Positions 51,652-61,764 are shown, counted from the stretch's first letter. The stretch is DNA of 64,000 bases from Candidatus Synechococcus spongiarum SP3 (GCA_001007665.1 JXQG01000002.1:14639-78638), one strand, 5' to 3'. A program made the numbers and translations. The notes: generated by a model from the letters alone, not told the origin.

Positions 51652-52944
51652 TCACCCCAGCGCAGGCTCCCTATCTTGCCGCAGCAGGCTCACCGCCTCC
51701 TGGAGTTGATGGGCGAGGCGGTCAATCTCCTCCATGGTGTTGGTGAAGCTGAGACTGGCCCGGGCCGTTGCCGTCACCTGGAGGGCCCTGTGCAGGGGTT
51801 GGGTGCAATGGTCGCCACTGCGAATGCAAATGCCGGAACTGTCCAGCAGGGCGGCCACGTCATGGGCATGGGCTCCCGCCACGGTGAAGCTGGCCAGGGC
51901 CCCACGATCCGGCTGCTGCCGGGGGTCAGGGCCGTAAATGGTGAGGCCGTCAATGGCCTGGAGGCGATCAAACAGGTGTTGGGTGAGCTGCTGCTCCCAG
52001 GCGTGGATCTTCTCCAGGCCCAGGGCGGTGAGGTAGTCCAGCGCTGCTGCCAAGCCAATGGCTTCGGCAATGGCAGGGGTCCCCGCTTCAAACTTATGGG
52101 GCAATTCCGCCCAGGTGCTGGTCCCCAGTTGCACCGCGGCAATCATTTCGCCGCCACCCAGGAAGGGGGCCATGGTCTCCAGAAGGTCCTCCCGTCCCCA
52201 GAGGAAACCAATCCCTGTGGGACCGCAGAGCTTATGGCCGGAGCCCACGTACCAGTCACAGCCCAGGGCCTGCACGTCCACAGGGCGATGGGGCAGGGCC
52301 TGGCAGCCATCCACCAGCACATGGGCCCCCACGCCATGGGCCAGGGCGGTGATCTCCGCTGCAGGGTTGAGGCAGCCCAGGGTGTTGCTCAGGTGAACAA
52401 AGGAGACCAGCCGGGTGCGGTCGTTGAGCAACGCCTTGCAATGGTCCAGATCCATCTCCCCTTGGGGGGTGATGCCCACATGGCGCAGCACGGCGCCGGT
52501 GCGCCGGGCCATCAACTGCCAGGGCACCAGGTTGCTGTGGTGTTCCATCACGCTCAGCACCACTTCATCACCGGGTTTGAGATGATCCAGCGCCCAGCTA
52601 TAGGCCACCAGGTTGATGGCCTCCGTGGCATTGCGGCTGAAGACAATTTCCCTGGCATCGGTGGCGCCAACGAAGCGGGCCACTGTGGCGCGGGCTGATT
52701 CGAAGGCCTCCGTGGCCCGCGCACTGAGGGTATGGGCGCCACGATGCACGTTGGCGTTGTGGCGGCGGTAGTAGTCCACCAGGGCGTCAATGACTTGCCG
52801 GGGCTTCTGACTGGTGGCGGCATGGTCCATGTAGACCAGGGGTTGACCCTGCAAGGTCTGCTCCAGCAGTGGAAAGTCGGGGCGGGTCAAACGGGCCAGA
52901 TCAAGCTGGCGCTCCGTGGCGGCGCTCATGGTGATGGTGGTCAT
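51652..52944 (-). CDS. sufS: Cysteine desulfurase SufS
   Basis: NANVHRGAHTLS, HHSNLVPW, SGHKLCGPTGIG (PLP lysine) and RSGDHCTQP (catalytic Cys loop). Confidence 0.93.
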   Translation of the reverse strand: MTTITMSAATERQLDLARLTRPDFPLLEQTLQGQPLVYMDHAATSQKPRQVIDALVDYYRRHNANVHRGAHTLSARATEAFESARATVARFVGATDAREIVFSRNATEAINLVAYSWALDHLKPGDEVVLSVMEHHSNLVPWQLMARRTGAVLRHVGITPQGEMDLDHCKALLNDRTRLVSFVHLSNTLGCLNPAAEITALAHGVGAHVLVDGCQALPHRPVDVQALGCDWYVGSGHKLCGPTGIGFLWGREDLLETMAPFLGGGEMIAAVQLGTSTWAELPHKFEAGTPAIAEAIGLAAALDYLTALGLEKIHAWEQQLTQHLFDRLQAIDGLTIYGPDPRQQPDRGALASFTVAGAHAHDVAALLDSSGICIRSGDHCTQPLHRALQVTATARASLSFTNTMEEIDRLAHQLQEAVSLLRQDREPALG

Positions 52945-54206
52945 GGTTGATCCGGGACGGGGATCTCAAGAAGACGTTGGAGCGAGGGCCAGGCCAGGAC
53001 AGCCTTGGGCAGCCGTTGCAGGATCTCTTCGCAGAAGCCTCGCTGGAGAAGGCGGGAGGCTTGCTCCCGACCAATGCCTCTGGATTGCAGGTAGAAGAGT
53101 TCGTCATCCTGGAGACAACTGACCGTGGCGCCGTGGGTGCATTGCACGTTGTCGGCCACGATTTCCAGTTGGGGCTTGGTGTCGATCCGGGCCCTGGTGC
53201 TGAGTAGAAGATTGCGACTCAGTTGGCTGGCATCCGTCTGCTGGGCCAACCGCGGCACCACAACGCGGCCGTTGAAGACACTGTGGCCCCGATCATCGGC
53301 AAGGGCCTGGTGCTGGTGCCGCAGTTGGCCCGCCGGGCCGCCAAAGGACACCGTGCTATGGGTATCCAGCAGGGACTGCCCTCGGGCCACAGCCAGACCA
53401 TGCAGATGGGTCTCCGCCTGCCCTTGAGACTGGCGGATGAAGGGCTCGTCACGGCTCAGACCCCATCCCCAGGTCACGTTGATGCGGCGGTAGACGCTCC
53501 GGGGGGACTGATGGACGAAGCTGTTGCCCAGGAAGGCGGCCCCTGGACAGCCCCAGGCCATGGCAGCCTCCTCCAGCCTGGCGCCAGCCCCCAACTGGAC
53601 CTCCACCATGGGCAGCACCGCCGCCTGGGCTGTTGCAGCCACGTGCCAAGTCAGGCACAACCGGGCGCCGGGTTCCACCACCAGCAGCACATGGGGCGCC
53701 AGCCAGGTCTGGGCCTGCTCCACCTGAATCGCCAACGCCAGATGGACGGGAGCAGGCCCGCTCACCTGCAGGCCGAGGGACGGACCAGGGGTTGCCCCAT
53801 TGAGTTGGGCCCCCAAAGGCAACGTCCCTGACGGGATGACGGTGTGGGCCACCTGTCCTGGGGTGATCTCCTCGCTGGGCAGGGGCATGAGGCCGTGGGG
53901 CCATGGGGGTGGTTCTCCCTGGGGGTCGCGCCAGTGGCCGCGGCCATCAAGCTGCAGGGCCACGTGTCTCGAAGACCCTTGGCGCAAAACATCCGGCCAG
54001 GGGGGAGATGCCGTTCGGGTATGGAGACGGGTGGGATCCAGTTGGGTCAAGCAACGCAGATCCGTGAACCGCCACGCCTCACTGCGGCGCGTGGGCCAGC
54101 GCCAGTCAGGGGCGCTGGCCCGCTGAGGGACAGAGTGGCCAGATCGCTGGGCCAGCACCTGCAACAGCGTCTCCAGCCAGGGTGGGGATTGGGTGGCAGT
54201 ACTCAT
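52941..54206 (-). CDS. sufD: Fe-S cluster assembly protein SufD
   Basis: Its position lies between sufC and sufS with 4-nt overlaps at both ends. The C-terminal SufB/D-type beta-helix region reads ..[36 protein letters not shown]. Confidence 0.85.
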   Translation of the reverse strand: MSTATQSPPWLETLLQVLAQRSGHSVPQRASAPDWRWPTRRSEAWRFTDLRCLTQLDPTRLHTRTASPPWPDVLRQGSSRHVALQLDGRGHWRDPQGEPPPWPHGLMPLPSEEITPGQVAHTVIPSGTLPLGAQLNGATPGPSLGLQVSGPAPVHLALAIQVEQAQTWLAPHVLLVVEPGARLCLTWHVAATAQAAVLPMVEVQLGAGARLEEAAMAWGCPGAAFLGNSFVHQSPRSVYRRINVTWGWGLSRDEPFIRQSQGQAETHLHGLAVARGQSLLDTHSTVSFGGPAGQLRHQHQALADDRGHSVFNGRVVVPRLAQQTDASQLSRNLLLSTRARIDTKPQLEIVADNVQCTHGATVSCLQDDELFYLQSRGIGREQASRLLQRGFCEEILQRLPKAVLAWPSLQRLLEIPVPDQP

Positions 54207-55039
54207 GGCTGAGGCGTGTCCGACCTGTCCGCTCCATCCGTCTCCTCGTCCATCCAGTCGTATCCCCGTTGCTCCAGCGCCATGGCCAGGTCCTTGCCGC
54301 CGGTGCGCAGGATGCGACCCTCCGCCATCACGTGGACGAAATCCGGGGTGATGGCATCCAGCAGTCTCTGGTAGTGGGTGATCAGGAGCGTGGCGGTTGT
54401 CGGCAACGCCAGCTTCTTCACCCCGTTGGCCACAATACGCAAGGCGTCAATGTCGAGACCGGAATCCGTCTCGTCCAGGATGGCCACCAGTGGCTCCAGC
54501 AGCGCCATCTGCAGCACTTCGTTGCGTTTTTTCTCCCCGCCGGAGAAGCCTTCGTTGACGCTCCGCTCAAGAAATGCCGGATCCATCTGCACAATGGCCA
54601 TGGTTTCCCGCACGTGGTCTTCAAAGGCGAAGGTGTCCAGCTCCTCCTGTCCCCGGTGCTGCCGCCGCGCATTGCAGCTCACCCGCAGAAATTCCAGATT
54701 GCTGACACCGGGAATTTCCACGGGGTATTGAAAGCCCAGGAACACGCCCGAGCGGGCCCTGTCCTCCGGGGACAGCGCCAGCAGATCCCGGCCCCTGTAG
54801 TGGATGCTGCCAGCAGTGACGGTATAGGCAGGGTGGCCAGCAATCACTTTGGAGAGTGTGCTTTTCCCGCTGCCGTTGCGCCCCATCAGGGCATGGATTT
54901 CACCGGCGCGAACCCGCAGGGAGACACCCCGCAAAATTTCGTTCCCCTCGACACAGGCATGGAGATTCTTGATGGATAGGAGCACATCCCCGGTCTGGAC
55001 AGGGGATTCACGGATGGGCGTGGTCTCGGTGGACGTCAA
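54203..55039 (-). CDS. sufC: Fe-S cluster assembly ATPase SufC
   Basis: GRNGSGKSTL (Walker A), the ABC signature GFSGGEKKR, and ILDETDSGLD (Walker B). Confidence 0.95.
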   Translation of the reverse strand: MTSTETTPIRESPVQTGDVLLSIKNLHACVEGNEILRGVSLRVRAGEIHALMGRNGSGKSTLSKVIAGHPAYTVTAGSIHYRGRDLLALSPEDRARSGVFLGFQYPVEIPGVSNLEFLRVSCNARRQHRGQEELDTFAFEDHVRETMAIVQMDPAFLERSVNEGFSGGEKKRNEVLQMALLEPLVAILDETDSGLDIDALRIVANGVKKLALPTTATLLITHYQRLLDAITPDFVHVMAEGRILRTGGKDLAMALEQRGYDWMDEETDGADRSDTPQP

Positions 55040-55091
55040 GGGCCTAATCAGAACAGGGAGTCAATCGGAGAAACAGCAAACCTGGTGGGAC

Positions 55092-56534
55092 TTATCCAAC
55101 GGAACCTTCCAGTTTGAGGGCCAGGAGCTTATCGGCCTCAGCGGCAAACTCCATGGGCAGCTGGTTAAACACGTCGCGACAAAATCCGCTCACCAGCATG
55201 GAAACTGCCGCCTCGGGCTCAATGCCGCGAGACTGTAGATAGAAGAGCTGATCCTCTGAAATGTTGCACGTGCTGGCCTCGTGCTCAACGGTGGCTTCAG
55301 GTTGGCGAGACTGGATATAGGGATGGGTATTGGCTGCTGCCTGATCCCCGATGAGCATGGAGTCACACTGGCTGAAGTTGCGGGCTCCACGGGCTTGCGG
55401 ACCCATATTGACCAGTCCCCGATAGCTGTTGACAGAGTGACCGCTGCTGATGCCTTTGCTGATAATGGTGGAGCGGCTGCCAGGGCCGATGTGAACCATC
55501 TTGGTGCCCGTATCCGCCTGCTGGTGATGATGGGTGAGGGCCACGGAGTAAAACTCGCCAACGGAATCCTGACCCCGCAGCACACAGCCTGGATACTTCC
55601 AGGTGATGGCTGAACCTGTTTCCACCTGTGTCCAGCTGATGCGGCTGCGCTTGCCCTTGCACAGTCCCCGCTTGGTGACGAAATTATAGATTCCCCCCTT
55701 GCCGTTCTCGTCGCCGGCATACCAGTTCTGAACGGTGGAGTACTTGATGGAGGCATCGTCCAGCGCCACCAGCTCCACCACGGCTGCATGGAGCTGGTTG
55801 GTATCGAACATGGGCGCTGTGCAGCCTTCCAGGTAGCTGACACTGGCCCCTTCCTCGGCAATGATCAGGGTCCGCTCAAACTGTCCCGCGTCATCGCTGT
55901 TGATGCGGAAGTAGGTGGAGAGCTCCATGGGGCACTGCACCCCTTTGGGAATGTACACAAAGGAGCCATCGCTGAACACTGCGGAATTGAGCGCTGCGAA
56001 GAAGTTGTCGGCAAGGGGAACCACGGAACCCAGATAGCGTTCCACCAGCTCCGGGTGATCTTTGACGGCTTCGCCCATGGAGCAGAACACCACGCCGTGC
56101 TCTGCCAATTTCTGCTGATAGGTGGTGGCAATGGACACACTGTCAAACACCGCATCCACAGCCACGTTGCTGAGACGCTTCTGTTCACTCAGCGGAATGC
56201 CCAGCTTGTCAAAGGTCTCCAGAAGAGCAGGATCCACGTCCTCCAGGCTGGCTTTCTGTTCCTTTTGACGCGGGGCCGAGTAATAGACGATATCTTGATA
56301 ATCGATGGCAGGGCGCCTCAGCGCAGCCCAGTCGGGTTCTTCCATGGCTTGCCACTGGGCATAGGCCTTGAGACGAAACTGCAGCAGAAAATCCGGCTCC
56401 TGCTTCTTGGACGAAATCAGGCGCACCACCGACTCGTCCAGGCCCTTGGAAATTTTCTCGGTCTCAATGTCTGTGACAAAGCCGTAGCGGTAAGGCGTTT
56501 TGTTAAGGGCTTCTACGGCGGCGGCACTGCTCAT
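55092..56534 (-). CDS. sufB: Fe-S cluster assembly protein SufB
   Basis: The 480-aa protein is conserved throughout, for example [30 protein letters not shown] and FYLQSRGI. Confidence 0.97.
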   Translation of the reverse strand: MSSAAAVEALNKTPYRYGFVTDIETEKISKGLDESVVRLISSKKQEPDFLLQFRLKAYAQWQAMEEPDWAALRRPAIDYQDIVYYSAPRQKEQKASLEDVDPALLETFDKLGIPLSEQKRLSNVAVDAVFDSVSIATTYQQKLAEHGVVFCSMGEAVKDHPELVERYLGSVVPLADNFFAALNSAVFSDGSFVYIPKGVQCPMELSTYFRINSDDAGQFERTLIIAEEGASVSYLEGCTAPMFDTNQLHAAVVELVALDDASIKYSTVQNWYAGDENGKGGIYNFVTKRGLCKGKRSRISWTQVETGSAITWKYPGCVLRGQDSVGEFYSVALTHHHQQADTGTKMVHIGPGSRSTIISKGISSGHSVNSYRGLVNMGPQARGARNFSQCDSMLIGDQAAANTHPYIQSRQPEATVEHEASTCNISEDQLFYLQSRGIEPEAAVSMLVSGFCRDVFNQLPMEFAAEADKLLALKLEGSVG

Positions 56535-56552
56535 CGTGGGATAGGGAAGGGT

Positions 56553-56906
56553 TTAGTTGGCGAGAGCCTGAATGGTTTCCGTGGTGATGGTCTGGCTGTC
56601 ACCGCGGAAGGGGCTGTCTTCGGTGAGAAACAACATGCAGTGGCATTCCATGCGTTCACGCATGGGCACACAGGGGCAGTTCCAGAAGGCCTGGGCTGCC
56701 TCCGCGGGTTTGCTGTCATAGTGACGGCATGGACAGAGGGGCGCCCCAAGCTGGTCTTTGTGGGCGGCCAAACCTTTCAGAACCACGGCAGTGACTCCGG
56801 GATCACTGCAGAAGTAGGTGCCGGTGCGCTGGGCGTAGGTCTGGGCGAATTTGCGCAGGGTCTCCAGGCTCTCGGGGCTGGGCTGAGGGGCTTGGTCCGA
56901 ATTCAT
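56553..56906 (-). CDS. ftrC: Ferredoxin-thioredoxin reductase catalytic subunit
   Basis: CPCRHY...WNCPCVPMRERMECHCMLFL, the Cys cluster of the FTR catalytic chain. Confidence 0.9.
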   Translation of the reverse strand: MNSDQAPQPSPESLETLRKFAQTYAQRTGTYFCSDPGVTAVVLKGLAAHKDQLGAPLCPCRHYDSKPAEAAQAFWNCPCVPMRERMECHCMLFLTEDSPFRGDSQTITTETIQALAN

Positions 56907-56921
56907 GGGCAGCAGAGTAAC

Positions 56922-56937
56922 GAAACCGATTGGTTTC
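56922..56937. promoter_or_regulatory. Perfect 6-4-6 palindrome in the divergent ftrC-sufBCDS / sufR intergenic region (candidate SufR operator)
   Basis: GAAACC-gatt-GGTTTC lies 16 nt upstream of ftrC and 20 nt upstream of the sufR ORF start. A TAGACT -10-like hexamer follows at 56944. Confidence 0.35.
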
Positions 56938-56956
56938 CTAACTAGACTACAACCAT

Positions 56957-57670
56957 ATGCACGGCCCTGTGGCCGCTTCCCGTGCGATGTCGTCAGAACC
57001 AGTCACATCCACCCGTGAGGCCGCGTTGACCATCCTGCTGCGGCTGGGGCAGGCCACAGCGGCCACCATGGCCAGCCAGTTGGGGGTCTCTGTGCAGGTG
57101 ATGCGCCGCCACCTGCGCGGCCTGGAACAGGAAGGGCTGGTGGACAGCCCCTGTAATACCACCGGTCCGGGGAGGCCGAGCAACCTCTGGCGGCTGACAG
57201 ACCAGGGCCGGGATCATTTCCCCGATGGGGGGGAGGAGTTTGCCCGAGGACTCCTCCACACCGTGGCCAGTTGCCTTGGCCCCGATCAACTGCAGACCCT
57301 CCTGGGTCACCACGCCGCGGCCCAGGCCCAGCGCTACCGCACTCTCCTCGGGGATTGCCCCCTGGAGGCGCGTCTGCGGCGGCTGGTGGAACTGCGCAGC
57401 CGGGAAGGGTACGTGGCGGACTATCAACCGTGTCAGGACCAACGCGGCTGGCTGCTCACCGCCTTCCACTGCTCTGTGGCCCGCATTGCGGAGCAGTTTC
57501 CCGTGATCTGTAGCCAGGAGTTACAGCTTTACCGCAGCATCTTCCCTGATTGCCACGTGGAGCGGATTCACTGGATTCAGGAGGGTGACCACTACTGCGG
57601 CTTCCGCGTTCAGCAGAACACGCCGGCGGAATGCCTCCAGTCCACAGCCGTGAGCCTGGGCAGCCCCTGA
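56957..57670 (+). CDS. sufR: Iron-sulfur cluster biosynthesis transcriptional regulator SufR
   Basis: N-terminal winged HTH (TREAALTILLRLGQATAATMASQLGVSVQVMRRHLRGLEQEGLV) and C-terminal Cys ligands (FHCSVARIAEQFPVICSQE...DCHV...YCGF). It is divergent from the suf operon. Confidence 0.85.
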   Translation: MHGPVAASRAMSSEPVTSTREAALTILLRLGQATAATMASQLGVSVQVMRRHLRGLEQEGLVDSPCNTTGPGRPSNLWRLTDQGRDHFPDGGEEFARGLLHTVASCLGPDQLQTLLGHHAAAQAQRYRTLLGDCPLEARLRRLVELRSREGYVADYQPCQDQRGWLLTAFHCSVARIAEQFPVICSQELQLYRSIFPDCHVERIHWIQEGDHYCGFRVQQNTPAECLQSTAVSLGSP

Positions 57671-57701
57671 GAACGGGTGCAAAAAGGGGGTCCGCTTCCT
57701 T

Positions 57702-58109
57702 TCAGCGTCCCCCCAGGCGCCGCAGAAACCACGTCCTGAAGGTCTTGAAGGGGAAGCCATGCTGGGGCCCGGACGGTGATCCCCCAATCTGGGACAGGAA
57801 TGCCCTGATCTCGACTTTGGATTGCACCAGGTGGGCACGCCGGGGCCGCTGGACGGTTTTGCTGCCGGCTGGTCGGCCTTCCATCAGGTCAAGGCGTTCT
57901 TCCAGACGAGACAGGGGCAAGCTCAAACGCTCCAGGCGATCCAGGTAGCCCTCGATGCACTCCATAAACCCCTCCAGGCGCTTGAGCCGCGCAAGGTGCT
58001 CTTCCAGATCGGCGGGGGAAATCTCCAGCCGTTCAAGGCGCTCCAGGCGCGCTTCCAGGCGTTCGACTTTGGCCAACAATTCATGGTTGGGGATCGGCAT
58101 GGACGCCAT
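57702..58109 (-). CDS. Hypothetical coiled-coil protein with LERLE-type repeats
   Basis: 135-aa ORF downstream of gor reading ..KVERLEARLERLERLE..HLARLKRLEG..YLDRLERLS..LSRLEERLDL... It has no TM segment, and coding status is uncertain. Confidence 0.35.
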   Translation of the reverse strand: MASMPIPNHELLAKVERLEARLERLERLEISPADLEEHLARLKRLEGFMECIEGYLDRLERLSLPLSRLEERLDLMEGRPAGSKTVQRPRRAHLVQSKVEIRAFLSQIGGSPSGPQHGFPFKTFRTWFLRRLGGR

Positions 58110-58163
58110 CGGGTGCAGACTGACGCCAGCTTACCCACCCTTCCCCCAGGGCCGGGTCCAGCC

Positions 58164-59513
58164 TCATCCCATGGTCACAAACTCCTCACTGACGCTGGGA
58201 TGCAGGGCCATGGTGCGGTCAAAATCCGCCTTGGTGGCGCCCATGCCCAGGGCAATGGCGGCCATCTGAATAATTTCGGCGCTGTGTTCCCCCACCATGT
58301 GGCAGCCCAAAACCCGCTCCTGGGGCCCCAGCACCAGCTTCAAATGGCAGGGACTGCCGGTTTTGGGCAGGGCGCGGGACAGGCTGCGGAAACGGGCCTC
58401 ACACACCTGCACCTGCTCCCCATGGCGTTGCCTGGCTGCCTCCTCCGAGAGCCCCACCGTGGCCAACTCCGGCTGGGTGAACACCGCACTGGCCACCAGG
58501 CTGTGGTCCGTGTGGCGGGGTTTCCGGCCAAACCGGGAATCGGCAAAGGCACGCCCCTCATCCACCGCCACAGGCGTCAGGTTGATCCAATCCGTTACAT
58601 CTCCCACGGCAAACACATGGGCAACGTTGGTGCGTTGGTCGCCATCCACGGGGATGCGCCCCCTCTCCACCGCCACGCCAGCGGCCTCCAGGTTCAACCC
58701 ATCCAGCCGCGGCTTGCGGCCGGTGGCCAGGAGAACGGCTTCCGCCTCCACGTTGCCGCCATCGGAAAGCTCTACACGGCGGCCCGTGGCGGTGCTGCCG
58801 ATGGCCTGGGGAGACACCCCCTTGCGCACCACCAGGCCCTTCTCGATCATGCCCGCCTCCACACTGGCCACGCAGCCCTGATCAAACCCCCGCAGCAACT
58901 GACGCCGCACAACCTGGGTCACGGCCACACCCAGACCCCGCAGGATGCAGGCGAATTCACAGGCAATGTAGCCGCCGCCAACGATGACCATGGAGTTGGG
59001 GAAGCGCTCCAGGAGGAACAGGTCGTCACTCACCAGAGCCAGGTCGGCCCCAGAGAGGTTGGGGCGCACCGGCTGCCCTCCCACGGCAATGAGGACGGTC
59101 TCCCCGCGAAGCACCTGCTCCCCCACCTGCAGGCGCCGGTCATCCAGGAAGTGGCCCCACCCCCGCACCAGCACCACCCCCGCACGGTCGAGGGACGCTT
59201 CATGAATGCCGTTGAGACGATCCACCTCGCGGCGCACGTGGTCCAGCAGCACATGGGTCTGGGGCGCCACAGGGGGCACGGGCCAGCCGTAGCTCGGCGC
59301 ATCCGCCAGTTGCTCCCCCACGGCCGAGCCATAGACCAGGAGCTTCTTGGGCACACAGCCGCGGATCACACAGGTCCCCCCCACCCGGCTGCCCTCCACA
59401 ATCGCCACAGAGGCCCCGTAGGAGGCGGCCCGTTTCGCGGCAGCCAGGCCGCCGGAGCCGGCCCCCAACACCACCAGGTCAAAGCGTTGCTCGTCGGGGT
59501 GCGCCATCGTCAT
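58164..59513 (-). CDS. gor: Glutathione-disulfide reductase
   Basis: FDLVVLGAGSGGLAAAKRAA (FAD), GGTCVIRGCVPKK (redox-active disulfide), and a C-terminal HPSVSEEFVTM. The start is probably the ATG at 59513. Confidence 0.88.
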   Translation of the reverse strand: MTMAHPDEQRFDLVVLGAGSGGLAAAKRAASYGASVAIVEGSRVGGTCVIRGCVPKKLLVYGSAVGEQLADAPSYGWPVPPVAPQTHVLLDHVRREVDRLNGIHEASLDRAGVVLVRGWGHFLDDRRLQVGEQVLRGETVLIAVGGQPVRPNLSGADLALVSDDLFLLERFPNSMVIVGGGYIACEFACILRGLGVAVTQVVRRQLLRGFDQGCVASVEAGMIEKGLVVRKGVSPQAIGSTATGRRVELSDGGNVEAEAVLLATGRKPRLDGLNLEAAGVAVERGRIPVDGDQRTNVAHVFAVGDVTDWINLTPVAVDEGRAFADSRFGRKPRHTDHSLVASAVFTQPELATVGLSEEAARQRHGEQVQVCEARFRSLSRALPKTGSPCHLKLVLGPQERVLGCHMVGEHSAEIIQMAAIALGMGATKADFDRTMALHPSVSEEFVTMG

Positions 59514-59697
59514 TGTCGTGCCACTGGCTCTATTGTTCCTGCTCGCTGTTGCGCTGCTGCCAGAGGAGCCGTGCTGGATGCTCAATGAAGTGGTGGTAAA
59601 GTCGCAACCATTTATTGTCCCCCCGGTTGATGTCCAGATCCATACCCACCCTGTCTGTGACCACCGTGTCCGTCACCGCAGGGATTCTGGCCTTGGT

Positions 59698-61374
59698 ATG
59701 GGCGGGGTCGTGGGTGGACCGTTTTGGGTCTTCATCGGGTGCTTTCTTCTGGCGCTGCTCTGGAGGGTGTTGAATCCATCATTCCTGCACAGGGCAGCCA
59801 GGGACGGATCTCCGGGCTTGGCCCGGCTGCTCATCGAGGCTGGGGCTGACCTGAACGCCACAAATAAGGACGGCACAACTCCGCTTTACATTGCAGTTTT
59901 TCTGGAGCATGGAGAAACCGCGAAAACTCTCATTGATGCAGGTGCGAAGCTTACCATCACGGACAAAGACAACGTGACTCCTCTACACTCAGCCGTTGCG
60001 AAAGAAGATTTGACAATCATGACAGCTCTTATCAATATGGGATTTGATATTAATGTCAAAGATCAAAATAACATGACCCCGTTGCACGCAGTGGTGACGA
60101 AAGGAGATATGGAGATGACGAAAGCGCTCATCAGCGCCGGGGCTGATCTGAATTGCAAGGACAAGGGCGGCAACACGCCACTGGACGTGGCGGCCTCGGA
60201 GGGGCATGGGGACATCGTCAAGGCGCTCATCAAGGCTGGCGCCCATGTCAATCCCGTCGATCAAGGGGGCAAGACGCCGCTGCACGAAGCTCTATACAAA
60301 GGATACCCAGACATTGTCAAGACTCTTATCAAGGCTGGCGCGGATCTGAATCTCGCAGACAAGGTGGGCAATACGCCGTTGGACGTGGCAGCCACGGAGG
60401 GGCATGGGGACATCGTCCAAACCCTCATCCAGGCTGGCGCCTATCCCAATCCCGTCGATCACGAGGGCAGAACGCCACTGCACGAGGCAGCAAAGCGAGG
60501 AAATCCGGACGTGGTGAAGGCGCTCATCCAGGCTGGCGCCAACATCAACGCCACGGAGAAGAGGAGACAAACCCCACTGAATCTGGCAGTTGCGCAAGGA
60601 CATGGGGAAGTCGTCAAGGTTCTTGCCGATGCCGGGGCTGACCTCAACGTTCAGATGTCAGCCGGCGCCACTCCGTTACATATCGCAGCCAGCAATGGAC
60701 ACTTGGATGTGGTCAGAATTCTGATTGATGCCGGTACTGACCTGGAGGCTAGAAACTCGTTTGGTCTCTTACTTCCCTACATATCGTAGCCAGCAAGGGA
60801 CACCTGGAAGTGGCTAAAATTCTGGCCAGGAGCGGTGCTGATCCCAATGCCAAAGATTCATCTGGCATGACCCCTCTTGACGTTGCACGAGCAGGTAAAC
60901 AGTGGGGCATTGTCCATGTGATTGAAAACGAGTGTGGAGAGGTTGTGACTCAGACTCCGCTGCATAATACAGATGATCAGGAAGAACTTGGGAATAGAAC
61001 GACTGTCTCTAATTTGGATGCCGCGGACGAAAACGGCTGGACCCGACTGCACGTGGCGGCCAGTGAGGGAGATTCAGTAACAGCGCAGTATCTCATCAAT
61101 GCTGGCGCTAACCTTCATGCTACAGACAAGAATGACATGACCCCGCTATACATAGCGAGTTTTTGGAACAATGCAGAAGTCGCTCAGGTCCTCATCAATG
61201 CTGGCGCTAACCTTCATGCTACAGACGAGGATGGCAAGACCCCGCTAGACACTGCGAGTTTGCGTGACAATGCAGAAGTCGCTCAGGTCCTCATCAATGC
61301 TGGCGCTTAACCTTCATGCTACAAACAAGGATGGCGATACTCCACCGAATCGTGCAAGAATGGCAAAAAATTAG
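59698..61374 (+). pseudogene. Membrane-anchored ankyrin-repeat protein (about 15 repeats) interrupted by two frameshifts
   Basis: N-terminal TM helix (FWVFIGCFLLALLW) followed by consecutive 33-aa ANK modules (G.TPLH.A...GH..IV..LI.AGA..N). The frame breaks at 60766-60769 (ctct) and at an extra T at 61307/61308. A 198-bp tandem duplication spans 60163-60558, and 99-bp near-identical units span 61091-61323. Confidence 0.75.
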
Positions 61375-61470
61375 AGCGTAGAGCTAGCCCTTAAGACAGC
61401 TATGAAGTGACCCTTTCTCTCATACTCTTGAGCAAGGCATTACGATAGGGAACCTCGAAGAATAGGGAGA

Positions 61471-61764
61471 TGGGACTTGTGTACGTACGTGCCAAGGATC
61501 TCAAAAGCTGCTTCAGCACAGGCTTTTCAGCAAGAGCTTTCATAACGGGACTGAAGGTGAAGTGATTTAGGTCACCTAATTGTTTCACTGTGTGAAGCGA
61601 TTGGCATGACAACACGGGCGTCATGCTTGACGGTGATTATGTTGAAGAGCGGCGCCAGCGACCTTGTTGCCTTTGAGACCAAAATAATATCTATAAGATT
61701 CTTGCTAAAAGCAAGTGCTGATCGAGGATTTCAGCGCTTCGGAACTATATGTATGTAAGCCCCA
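61471..61764. mobile_element. MITE-like element, copy B
   Basis: Colinear with 23407-23699. Its ends are TGGGACTTGTGTACG and ...atatgtatgtaagcccca. The conserved hairpin lies at 61604-61626 with one loop substitution. Confidence 0.6.

Noticed and set aside
51583-52698. 371-aa plus-strand ORF; similar cases at 55788-56945, 45745-46701, 37537-38511, 49253-50203 and 20347-21096
   Set aside because: Each is antisense to a strongly supported gene (sufS, sufB, pnp, mutS, S9 peptidase, CPBP protease) and is compositionally biased.
57822-59588. 588-aa plus-strand ORF
   Set aside because: It is antisense to the well-supported glutathione reductase gene. Its translation is Gly/Pro/His/Ala-rich with no motifs, a typical long shadow ORF of high-GC DNA.
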